From Clostridia bacterium (GTDB lineage Bacteria > Bacillota > Clostridia > UMGS1810), in assembly GCA_045544515.1 (NCBI GenBank), contig JAZPZD010000015.1, forward strand, positions 32,557-96,556: 64,000 nucleotides of DNA. The letters run 5' to 3'. The position numbers were made by a program, and so were the translations under genes. A model generated the notes under the pieces. The model ran no database searches and was not told the DNA's origin. It saw nothing but the letters and a program-made list of their open reading frames with translations. Within the stretch, counting starts at the first letter, position 1. Every line of letters starts with the position of its first letter. Positions 46,518-54,151 of this stretch are shown in pieces.

Positions 46518-48062
46518 TTACTCGCCGAGAGATTTCTTGGCAAAAACCACAACCTCGCGGTCATAACATACAAACATTTCTTCTGTCTTTTGTGCGTCCA
46601 TTTTAGGTGTAACAAGGCTCACTATCGGCACTATTACAAGGCCGCCGAGCATTGCTATAACACCGCAGTTAATGGGAGACTGGAGTATAACGGGAAATGC
46701 GGGTCTAAACAGCATATTAAGTATCATTATACCTGCACCGAATACAAAGCTTATCCATACAGACGCTTTGGTTGCCTTTTTCCAGTACAAGCCATATAAG
46801 AACGGTGCTAAAAATGCCCCTGCCAAAGCACCCCAGGATATACCCATCATATCGGCAATGGCACTTAATTTGTCTTTGTTAAGTGCAATATATGCAGATA
46901 TTACAATGAATACTACTATGAGAACTCTCATTATGAAAACCTGTTTTTTGTCTGTCATATTCTTTACAATGTGGTCTTTTAAAAGGTCCAGTGTAAGAGT
47001 GGAACTCGACGCCAGTACAAGTGAAGAAAGTGTAGACATAGATGCCGAAAGCACCAGTATTATAACAACTGCAATGAGTATATCGGGAAGTCCCGAAAGC
47101 ATTGTGGGAATAATTGCATCAAATCCGCCCTCGATAGAGCCATCGGCAAGAAATGTTAGTTTGTCTGTAAAGAGTCTTCCGAAACCGCCGAGGAAATAAC
47201 AACCTCCTGCAACGACAAGAGCAAACACTGTGGAAATGATTGTACCCTTGGTGATATCCTTTTCGCTCTTTATGGCGTAGAACTTCTGCACCATCTGCGG
47301 AAGTCCCCAGGTGCCAAGCGATGTGAGTATTACTACAAACAAAAGATTTAACGGGTCGGGTCCGAAGAATGAATTAAAAGCACCCGGTGCCATACCCTCT
47401 CCCTCAATCTGTGCAAGTCCGTTTAAGGAAGCTATAAAACCTCCGTTTTTGGAAAGGACTGCAGCAATAACAGCAACAATTCCAAAGAGCATTATGATAC
47501 CCTGGATAAAGTCATTGATTGCAGTTGCCATATATCCGCCTGCTATAACATAGATACCCGTAAGTACTGCCATAATTATTACGCACATAGAGTAATCTAT
47601 GCTTGGAAACGCCATAGAGAAAAGTCTGGAAAGACCGTTGTACAGCGATGCGGTGTACGGTATAAGGAATACAAAAACTATAACCGATGCCGCGATTTTT
47701 AGTGCAGGACTTAAGAACCTTTTGCCAAAGAATTCGGGCATTGTGGCACTGGATAAGTGTTGGCTCATAAGTCGTGTTCTTCTGCCTAATACTATCCAGG
47801 CAAGAAGAGAGCCCAAAACGGCATTGCCTATGCCTATCCAGGTTGACGCTATGCCGAACTTCCAGCCAAACTGACCTGCATATCCTACAAATATAACAGC
47901 GGAAAAATACGATGTTCCGTATGCAAAAGCGGTAAGCCAGGGACCTACCGAACGGCCGCCTAACACAAAACCGCTGACATCTGTGGAATTCTTACGGCAG
48001 TAAAGCCCTACCGCAATCATAACCGCGAAGAAAACAATGAGTAAACCTAATTTCAGTAACAT
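46518..48062 (-). CDS. sodium:solute symporter (SSS) family transporter
   Basis: Start MLLKLGLLIVFF behind AAAGGGTGG. About 13 TM helices. ...GGRSVGPWLTAFAYGTSYFSAVIFVGYAG... is typical of SSS. Confidence 0.85.
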   Translation of the reverse strand: MLLKLGLLIVFFAVMIAVGLYCRKNSTDVSGFVLGGRSVGPWLTAFAYGTSYFSAVIFVGYAGQFGWKFGIASTWIGIGNAVLGSLLAWIVLGRRTRLMSQHLSSATMPEFFGKRFLSPALKIAASVIVFVFLIPYTASLYNGLSRLFSMAFPSIDYSMCVIIMAVLTGIYVIAGGYMATAINDFIQGIIMLFGIVAVIAAVLSKNGGFIASLNGLAQIEGEGMAPGAFNSFFGPDPLNLLFVVILTSLGTWGLPQMVQKFYAIKSEKDITKGTIISTVFALVVAGGCYFLGGFGRLFTDKLTFLADGSIEGGFDAIIPTMLSGLPDILIAVVIILVLSASMSTLSSLVLASSSTLTLDLLKDHIVKNMTDKKQVFIMRVLIVVFIVISAYIALNKDKLSAIADMMGISWGALAGAFLAPFLYGLYWKKATKASVWISFVFGAGIMILNMLFRPAFPVILQSPINCGVIAMLGGLVIVPIVSLVTPKMDAQKTEEMFVCYDREVVVFAKKSLGE

Positions 48063-48096
48063 TTTTACCACCCTTTCTAAAATTCAGGGCGAAAAC

Positions 48097-48385
48097 AAAA
48101 AAATCCCGCCCTCAAGAAATAAATCCAGAGGACGAGATATAATCTCGCGGTACCACCTCAGTTTATCGGTTTCTCACAAAACCGACCTCATCAGGTACTA
48201 AATAATACCTTAGTTCTATAACGGGAACTCCCGTTGCAGCCTACTTGGACAAACGCCCTTTTGGTGCACTGCTCGCAAGATGTATTCGGATATGCCATCG
48301 TCATTGCCTCGCACCACCCGGCAACTCTCTCCAAACTCAAAACACGCCTACTTGTTCTCGGTCATCGCATTTTCTTATGAAATTA
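48097..48385 (-). promoter_or_regulatory. T-box riboswitch leader, Tyr (UAC) specifier
   Basis: Minus-strand read: K-turn UGCGAUGA/CGAGCA, S-turn AGUA/GAA, AGAGAG bulge, distal loop GGGUGGUGCGA, specifier loop GAA-UAC-A (plus 48282-48284), AGUA-II box, CCGUUA F-box, T-box GGUGGUACCGCG (48157-48146), terminator CTCGTCCTC...GAGGGCGGG plus U7. Confidence 0.85.
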
Positions 48386-48390
48386 AATAA

Positions 48391-48419
48391 ATTCTACCAC
48401 ACAAAACACCCAAAGTCAA
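48391..48419 (-). promoter_or_regulatory. sigmaA-type promoter of the Tyr T-box operon
   Basis: TTGACT, 17 nt, TAGAAT. Confidence 0.55.
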
Positions 48420-48452
48420 GATGTTTATGCAAAAAAAGTTGTTTTTTGTTTG

Positions 48453-49469
48453 TTATTCCGTTCTTACAAAGCTATCGGAAATCTCTTCTACATACAATTC
48501 ATATGCGTCGGTGTACTCCTTGGGGAATGCCATCTCAAAATAACGGATATATTCATCAACATAGCACATCTGATAGTAGCATATGCCGTCTTTTTCCATA
48601 TTGAGAGCAAACCAGTCCTCGCCCAGGGTATCATACAGATTGACACCGCCGATGTCCGATTTGGTATTTGCCAGAACCTCGTCTGCACTTAACTTGTTTG
48701 AGTTTTTCATAGCACCGATATCGATATACGCACTCTTGTCCTTGGCAACATAACGAAGTCTGTCGCCAAAGTCGTTTTTGAATTTGAAATCCGAAGGAAG
48801 TGCACACTTGTAATTAAAATCACCGTTTGTAAGGGTGGTGTAGCTCCTGTCGGCATTGCCGGGGGTTAGTCCGTATGCAAATTCAAAGTCGGCAGAGGAA
48901 TTTTCGTCGGATTCTGCCTCCATAGAGTTTTCTTCTTTATCTTTATCTTTCTCTTTATCTTTATCGGGAGCTTCCTCGTCCTTTGTGTCTTGGGATTTCT
49001 TTTGCTCATTGTTTGTGATATCCTGCGAAGTAGAAAGCTCTTCTCCCTCGGTGTTTTCGCTATTCATACTGTTTATCGCAACAAAGCCCAGTATCGTAGC
49101 GAGGGCTATTACCACAACAACCAAAAAGGCTATTATAAATATAAACACATTTTTTTGATTGGTATTCTTCTCTCGGGGGACATCAGTTTTTGCCCTTTGG
49201 GGTGCACTTGCAGCTTGCTTTCTGGGTGCTGTTTCGGCAGGCTTGACGCTCTTTTTCTGCGTCGGCGGGGTCTCCCTTTTGGGACTTGGGGCGTCGTTTG
49301 AAGCGTATACCCTTTCATAATCCTTTATTGTAGGTATTGCCATAGTCTTGCCCAATGTGTCGCCCAAGCTGTCATTTTTTGTTTCGCCTATGTAACTTCC
49401 GCATTCACCGCAAAAAACCGTGCCGTCATCATAGGTTTTGCCGCATTTCGGACATATCATATCAAACAC
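48453..49469 (-). CDS. zinc-ribbon membrane protein with acidic low-complexity linker and unknown C-terminal domain
   Basis: MFDMICPKCGKTYDDGTVFCGECG, one TM helix, a KDKEKDKDKEE tract, 338 aa. Confidence 0.6.
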   Translation of the reverse strand: MFDMICPKCGKTYDDGTVFCGECGSYIGETKNDSLGDTLGKTMAIPTIKDYERVYASNDAPSPKRETPPTQKKSVKPAETAPRKQAASAPQRAKTDVPREKNTNQKNVFIFIIAFLVVVVIALATILGFVAINSMNSENTEGEELSTSQDITNNEQKKSQDTKDEEAPDKDKEKDKDKEENSMEAESDENSSADFEFAYGLTPGNADRSYTTLTNGDFNYKCALPSDFKFKNDFGDRLRYVAKDKSAYIDIGAMKNSNKLSADEVLANTKSDIGGVNLYDTLGEDWFALNMEKDGICYYQMCYVDEYIRYFEMAFPKEYTDAYELYVEEISDSFVRTE

Positions 49470-49484
49470 TCCGTTTCAAATAAA

Positions 49485-49874
49485 TCATTCCAGATTTTTG
49501 CCGCAATTTGCACAAACCTTGGCATCGGGCTCATTTACCTGTCCGCAGATACACGCATCGGCATCAGTAGATGTGCCTTTTTCGTTATCTATTTCTTCAA
49601 TCTTTGCTCTGTATTTTTTTATGAGGTCATTTCGGCTGCATATTTCCTCAAGATAACTCATATAGTCGGCTCTGGGAATATCGCCTTCGGGATTTAAAAC
49701 ACACCAGTTATAGAGTTTAACTCCGATTTCGCTGGAGATATCCTTGATTTCATTTTCCAGCTTTTTTATAGAAGACTTGAGCCTGGTCTTTTTGATAGCA
49801 GCCTTTGAGCCTGTACCTACTGTCTTTAAGCCACTATTTATTCCTGATATAATTTTATTTGTAAAATCTGACAT
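49485..49874 (-). CDS. hypothetical coiled-coil protein with C-terminal zinc ribbon
   Basis: 129 aa, ...CICGQVNEPDAKVCANCG; 15 nt upstream of the previous gene. Confidence 0.5.
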   Translation of the reverse strand: MSDFTNKIISGINSGLKTVGTGSKAAIKKTRLKSSIKKLENEIKDISSEIGVKLYNWCVLNPEGDIPRADYMSYLEEICSRNDLIKKYRAKIEEIDNEKGTSTDADACICGQVNEPDAKVCANCGKNLE

Positions 49875-50018
49875 ATATACCCTCCAAAAACTTTATTTCA
49901 TATTAATAATAATACAAACCGTGTGTTTTGTCAATTAGTATACTGTCGTTTCATTTGGCTTGAATTAAAAATGGTTTTGTGGTATAATTAACATATATTT
50001 CTATCGGAGGGTGATTAT

Positions 50019-51074
50019 ATGACAAAAATTGATATTTTCTCGGGATTTCTCGGTGCGGGAAAGACTACACTTATTAAAAAACTTATAACAGAAGCCTACA
50101 AAGGCGAAAAACTGGTCCTTATAGAAAACGAATTCGGACAGATAGGCATAGACGGGGCATTTATGCAGGATGCAGGCATCGAAGTTACCGAAATGAATTC
50201 GGGCTGCATCTGTTGCTCGCTTGTGGGAGACTTTGGCGAGGCACTTAAAAAAGTCCTTACCGAATATGCCCCCGACAGAATACTCATTGAGCCCTCGGGC
50301 GTGGGTAAGTTAAGCGATGTAATCCGTGCTGTAGAAAACATTGACGCCAAGGATGCCGTTCTTAATTCCTTTACAACTGTTGCAGATGTAAACAAATGCA
50401 AGATGTATCTTAAAAACTTTGGGGAATTTTTTGGCGACCAGATTGAAAACGCCGCAACCATAGTACTTAGCCACACACAAAAAGCAAACGGCGAAAAGAT
50501 TGAAGAATGTATCAAACTTTTAAGAGAGCACAACCCCTCTTGCGTTATTGTTACAACTCCGTGGGACAGCATATCGGGCGAGGCGCTCCTTGACGCTATG
50601 GAAAACAGAGACACCCTTGAAAAAGAACTCGAAAATTTAAAAAACGAAGAGGTGTGCCCCCTTTGCAACCACCATCACGAGCATCACGACCACGACTGTG
50701 ATTGCCACGAGTACGAGCATCACCATCACGACTGCGATTGCCACGAGCATGAGCATCACCATCACGACTGTGATTGCCACGAACACGAGCATCATCACCA
50801 TCACGCAGACGAGGTTTTTACAAGCTGGGGCAAAGAAACCGCAAAGAAATTTACCAAAGAAGATATACAAAAGGCTCTCACCGAACTTTCAAACTCCGAA
50901 AAATACGGCACAATCCTCCGTGCGAAGGGCGTTGTGGCATCGGAGGATAGCTTTATCCACTTTGATTATATCCCCGGCGAAATCGACATACGCGAAGGCT
51001 CCCCTGCGGTAATCGGCAGACTTTGTGTAATAGGCGCCGACATAAGCCAAGAGGCACTTGACAATCTTTTCTAA
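50019..51074 (+). CDS. COG0523-family (CobW/ZigA/YeiR-like) metallochaperone GTPase with His/Cys-rich insert
   Basis: P-loop GFLGAGKTT, CxCC motif GCICCS, a HHDCDCHExEHH x3 stretch, a CobW_C-like tail. The promoter TTGAAT-17-TATAAT with an extended -10 TG lies upstream. Confidence 0.85.
   Translation: MTKIDIFSGFLGAGKTTLIKKLITEAYKGEKLVLIENEFGQIGIDGAFMQDAGIEVTEMNSGCICCSLVGDFGEALKKVLTEYAPDRILIEPSGVGKLSDVIRAVENIDAKDAVLNSFTTVADVNKCKMYLKNFGEFFGDQIENAATIVLSHTQKANGEKIEECIKLLREHNPSCVIVTTPWDSISGEALLDAMENRDTLEKELENLKNEEVCPLCNHHHEHHDHDCDCHEYEHHHHDCDCHEHEHHHHDCDCHEHEHHHHHADEVFTSWGKETAKKFTKEDIQKALTELSNSEKYGTILRAKGVVASEDSFIHFDYIPGEIDIREGSPAVIGRLCVIGADISQEALDNLF
50691..50798 (+). repeat. 3 x 36-bp in-frame tandem repeat encoding HDCDCHE(Y/H)EHHH
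   Basis: Units at 50691-50726, 50727-50762 and 50763-50798 differ at only a few positions. Confidence 0.9.
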
Positions 51075-51090
51075 AACGAGGTGAATTTTT

Positions 51091-52038
51091 ATGGCATCAC
51101 AAATACCGCTGTATGTTTTTACAGGCTTTCTGGAAGCAGGAAAAACCAAAGCAATACAAGAAACACTGCAGGACAAGAGATTTCATAACGGCGAGAGGAC
51201 TTTGCTTCTCCTTTGCGAAGAGGGAATAGAAGAATATGACCTTTCGCGGTTTTGCGGAGGCAATGTTTTTTTAGAAAAGGTAGAAAACGAAGAGGATTTG
51301 AGCGAAAGCTATCTTCTTTCGCTCCAAAAGAAACACAAGATAGAAAGAGTTATTGTGGAATACAACGGAATGTGGCTATTAAATTCCCTCTACAACAACC
51401 TGCCCGAAAAGTGGTTTGTATATCAGGAAATTTTGTTTGCAGATGCTGCGACTTTTGTAAACTACAATGCCAATATGCGTCCCTTTGTGGTGGACAAGTT
51501 TACCAATGCGGAGCTCGTTGTGTTTAACCGTTCAGACAGCTCCACCGACAAAGACGAATTCCACAAAATAGTAAGGGGGATTTCCAGAAGATGTGCCATA
51601 TCATATGAATTGGAAGACGGCACTATGGAATACGACGACAAGGAGGATCCCCTCCCCTTTGACATCGACGCCCCTGTAATAGAAATCAAAGACCGCGACT
51701 ATGCACTGTGGTTCAGAGATATGGCAGAGGATATGAAAAAATACATCGGAAAGACTGTTAAGTTTAAGGGCATCGTAGCCGTAAGCGACAAATTTGCTCA
51801 AGGTACTGTTGTATGCGGCAGACATGTTATGACCTGCTGTGTTGACGATATTGAGTTTAAGGGAATGGTGGCAATTCTGCCAGAGGGTACTACCCTTAAC
51901 AATCGCGACTGGGTAACGGTGACCGCCCTTTTTACACGCGAATACCACAAGCTCTACAGGTCAAAGGGCCCTGTGCTAAAGGTAACGGAGGTCGTACAAA
52001 GCGAAAAACCAGAGCAAGAGGTTGCGACTTTTTATTGA
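51091..52038 (+). CDS. COG0523-like P-loop domain fused to a Cys-Cys-Asp (DUF1980/YcgQ-like) C-terminal domain
   Basis: Walker A GFLEAGKT but no CxCC motif. The C-terminal ...GRHVMTCCVDDIEFKG... resembles the TIGR03943/DUF1980 motif as I remember it. Confidence 0.55.
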   Translation: MASQIPLYVFTGFLEAGKTKAIQETLQDKRFHNGERTLLLLCEEGIEEYDLSRFCGGNVFLEKVENEEDLSESYLLSLQKKHKIERVIVEYNGMWLLNSLYNNLPEKWFVYQEILFADAATFVNYNANMRPFVVDKFTNAELVVFNRSDSSTDKDEFHKIVRGISRRCAISYELEDGTMEYDDKEDPLPFDIDAPVIEIKDRDYALWFRDMAEDMKKYIGKTVKFKGIVAVSDKFAQGTVVCGRHVMTCCVDDIEFKGMVAILPEGTTLNNRDWVTVTALFTREYHKLYRSKGPVLKVTEVVQSEKPEQEVATFY

Positions 52039-52114
52039 TTTTTGTTTTAACAAAAAGCGTACTGATTTTTTCAGTACGCTTTTTCTGGAAGAGCCAAACG
52101 GTTTAGATGGCACT

Positions 52115-52459
52115 CTAATTGTTATTTTTCTTTGCTGTATTTATAGATGAAACAAGTATCTTTTTCAATTCAATACAATTTTCAAGAATGCTGTTATCAT
52201 CATAATATCCGCTTTCTATAAGCAGCTCAATCCAATATTCACTCTCCGAACACTCTTTTAAAGCGATTTGCAGTTTAGCAATAAAATCGTTTTTACCGTG
52301 TCCGTAAAACGCTTCTCTGATATTTGCACCTATGCTTGTACCACTGCGAATAAGTTGATTTGTAAGTACACTTTCCCTTTTTTCGCTTTTTACTTTATTA
52401 CAAACTTTAATTATATCTAATGCAAACTGTTTTGATTTTGTAAGCAACGGACTTTCCAT
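52115..52459 (-). CDS. four-helix-bundle protein (23S rRNA intervening-sequence protein family)
   Basis: Start MESPLLTKSKQFALDIIKVCNKV behind AAAGGAG. Contains ...LIRSGTSIGANIREA...ESEYWIELL..., typical of the family. Confidence 0.75.
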   Translation of the reverse strand: MESPLLTKSKQFALDIIKVCNKVKSEKRESVLTNQLIRSGTSIGANIREAFYGHGKNDFIAKLQIALKECSESEYWIELLIESGYYDDNSILENCIELKKILVSSINTAKKNNN

Positions 52460-52628
52460 AAATTTTCTCCTTTTAATCAAACTCGCTTTTGCGAGTTTGC
52501 ACCTTACCTCTTCCTTATTCACTATCACTTATTACTTTCCAAAAATCGACAAGGCTTTTTAGGGAAAAGTGAATAGTGAATAGGTAATAAGTAAAATCGA
52601 CAAGATTCTGTCGAACCTTGTCGATTTT

Positions 52629-52705
52629 TGGTAGCGGCAGACGGATTTGAACCATCGACACTGCGGGTATGAACCGCATGCTCTAGCCAACTGAGCTATG
52701 CCGCC
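52629..52705 (-). tRNA. tRNA-Met (CAU), elongator type
   Basis: Reverse complement is GGCGGCATAGCTCAGTTGGCTAGAGCATGCGGTTCATACCCGCAGTGTCGATGGTTCAAATCCGTCTGCCGCTACCA. Confidence 0.9.
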
Positions 52706-52813
52706 ATATTTAGTTGTTGTGTCAAACGACTTACCTATTATATTATATTTTCCTTAACTTGTCAAGATATTTATGAAAAAATTTTATTTTATGGAATTTT
52801 TTTAAAAACAGTA

Positions 52814-52857
52814 TTGACAAAGCAGAAAACATACTGTATTATTTGTATTAATACAGT
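52814..52857 (+). promoter_or_regulatory. promoter plus palindromic operator of the GntR-ABC operon
   Basis: TTGACA-17-TATTAT. A 9-bp inverted repeat ACTGTATTA-N7-TAATACAGT (52833-52857) overlaps the -10. Confidence 0.5.
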
Positions 52858-52879
52858 TGATACAGAAAGGAGTGAGCTG

Positions 52880-53248
52880 ATGCTTCATCTCGATTATGGC
52901 GACCACAGACCCTTATATGAGCAGATAAAGGAAAAACTAAAGGAACACATCATTGGAGGAATATTACAGGAACACGACAAAATCCCATCGGTGAGAGAGC
53001 TTGCGGCAAATCTTGCAATAAACCCCAACACTATCCAAAAGGCGTACAAAGACCTGGAAAACGAGGGCTACATTTACTCCCAAAAGGCCAAAGGCAGTTT
53101 TGTAAGTCCGAGAGAAAATGCAACAGACACCATAGATATCTCTGCCATAGAGGAAGCTCTTGTATCCTCGGTAAAGGAGCTTAAATTTTTGGGCAAAAGC
53201 AAAGAGGATATCATTTCGATTATAGAAAAAGTGTACAAGGAGGACTAA
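52880..53248 (+). CDS. GntR-family (YtrA-subfamily) transcriptional regulator
   Basis: MLHLDYGDHRPLYEQIKEKLKEHI...KIPSVRELAANLAINPNTIQKAYKDLENEGYI. Confidence 0.85.
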   Translation: MLHLDYGDHRPLYEQIKEKLKEHIIGGILQEHDKIPSVRELAANLAINPNTIQKAYKDLENEGYIYSQKAKGSFVSPRENATDTIDISAIEEALVSSVKELKFLGKSKEDIISIIEKVYKED

Positions 53249-53251
53249 AAG

Positions 53252-54151
53252 ATGATAAAAGCAACCGATGTTGTAAAAACCTTTGACGGTTTCAAGGCAT
53301 TAGACGGCGTTACACTAAATGTAAAAAAAGGCTCTGTCTATGGTTTAGTCGGACCTAACGGCGCCGGAAAGACAACGCTTATAAAGCACCTTACGGGTAT
53401 ATACCAAAGTGACTCTGGCTCTGTTACCATAGACGGACAAAGCATATACGAAAACGAAGATACCAAGAAAAAAGCCATATACATAGGCGACGACCTGTAT
53501 TTCTTCCCGTCGTATTCCATAGAAGATACGGCAAAATTCTACAAAAGGATATACCCCGCCTGGAGCGACGAAGTGTACGAGAGCTTAAAGGATGTCTTTA
53601 AGATAGATACAAAAAGAAAAGTAAAAAGGCTCTCAAAAGGTATGCAAAAGCAGGTTGCATTCTGGATGGGACTTTCCGCTATGCCAAAGGTACTTATATT
53701 AGACGAACCCGTAGACGGTCTGGACCCTGTAATGCGAAGAAATGTATGGAAGATAATAGTTCAGTTTGTAGCGGAATACGAAACAACTGTTCTTATATCC
53801 AGCCACAACCTGAGAGAGCTCGAAGACATATGCGACCATGTGGGCATTATGTACGAGGGAAAGGTGGTACTGGAAAAATCCCTCGACGACATCAAAGGAA
53901 ACATACACAAAATCCAGCTTGCATTCGATGGCGAATTTCCCCCAGAGATATACGAAAAAGCCGAAATTCTCCACAAAGAAACAGTGGGCAGAGTTCACAC
54001 CGTAATAGCAAAAGGAGTTTCCGATAATCTCGAAGAAGTTTTTGGATCGTTTAAACCGCTTCTTTGCGACATAATTCCGCTTTCGCTGGAGGAAGTATTT
54101 ATTTACGAATTGGGAGGTATGGGATATGAGTTTAAAAACATCATTATTTAA
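53252..54151 (+). CDS. ABC transporter ATP-binding protein
   Basis: GPNGAGKTT, LSKGMQKQ, LILDEP. Confidence 0.9.
   Translation: MIKATDVVKTFDGFKALDGVTLNVKKGSVYGLVGPNGAGKTTLIKHLTGIYQSDSGSVTIDGQSIYENEDTKKKAIYIGDDLYFFPSYSIEDTAKFYKRIYPAWSDEVYESLKDVFKIDTKRKVKRLSKGMQKQVAFWMGLSAMPKVLILDEPVDGLDPVMRRNVWKIIVQFVAEYETTVLISSHNLRELEDICDHVGIMYEGKVVLEKSLDDIKGNIHKIQLAFDGEFPPEIYEKAEILHKETVGRVHTVIAKGVSDNLEEVFGSFKPLLCDIIPLSLEEVFIYELGGMGYEFKNIII

Noticed and set aside
49875-50018. Zur/Fur box upstream of the COG0523 pair (and upstream of the ZIP gene at 41242-41420)
   Set aside because: I found no palindrome resembling the AAATCGTAAT-N-ATTACGATTT type, only a good sigmaA promoter. Metal regulation therefore remains unproven.
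52090-52114. Possible duplicated tRNA-Met 3' end (AAACGGTTTAGATGG compared with AGACGGATTTGAACC) that would bracket the four-helix-bundle gene as an island
   Set aside because: Only about 9 of 15 positions match, which is indistinguishable from chance.
52814-52879. N-terminal extensions given by the ORF track (this one; also 2744, 6012, 8072, 10711, 16326, 16893, 17908, 22653, 29288, 34224, 39194, 52528, 57432, 59595, 63304)
   Set aside because: The extensions start at non-ATG or RBS-less codons and run through promoters, terminators or the preceding gene. Internal Met/GTG starts with good Shine-Dalgarno spacing and family-typical N-termini were used instead.
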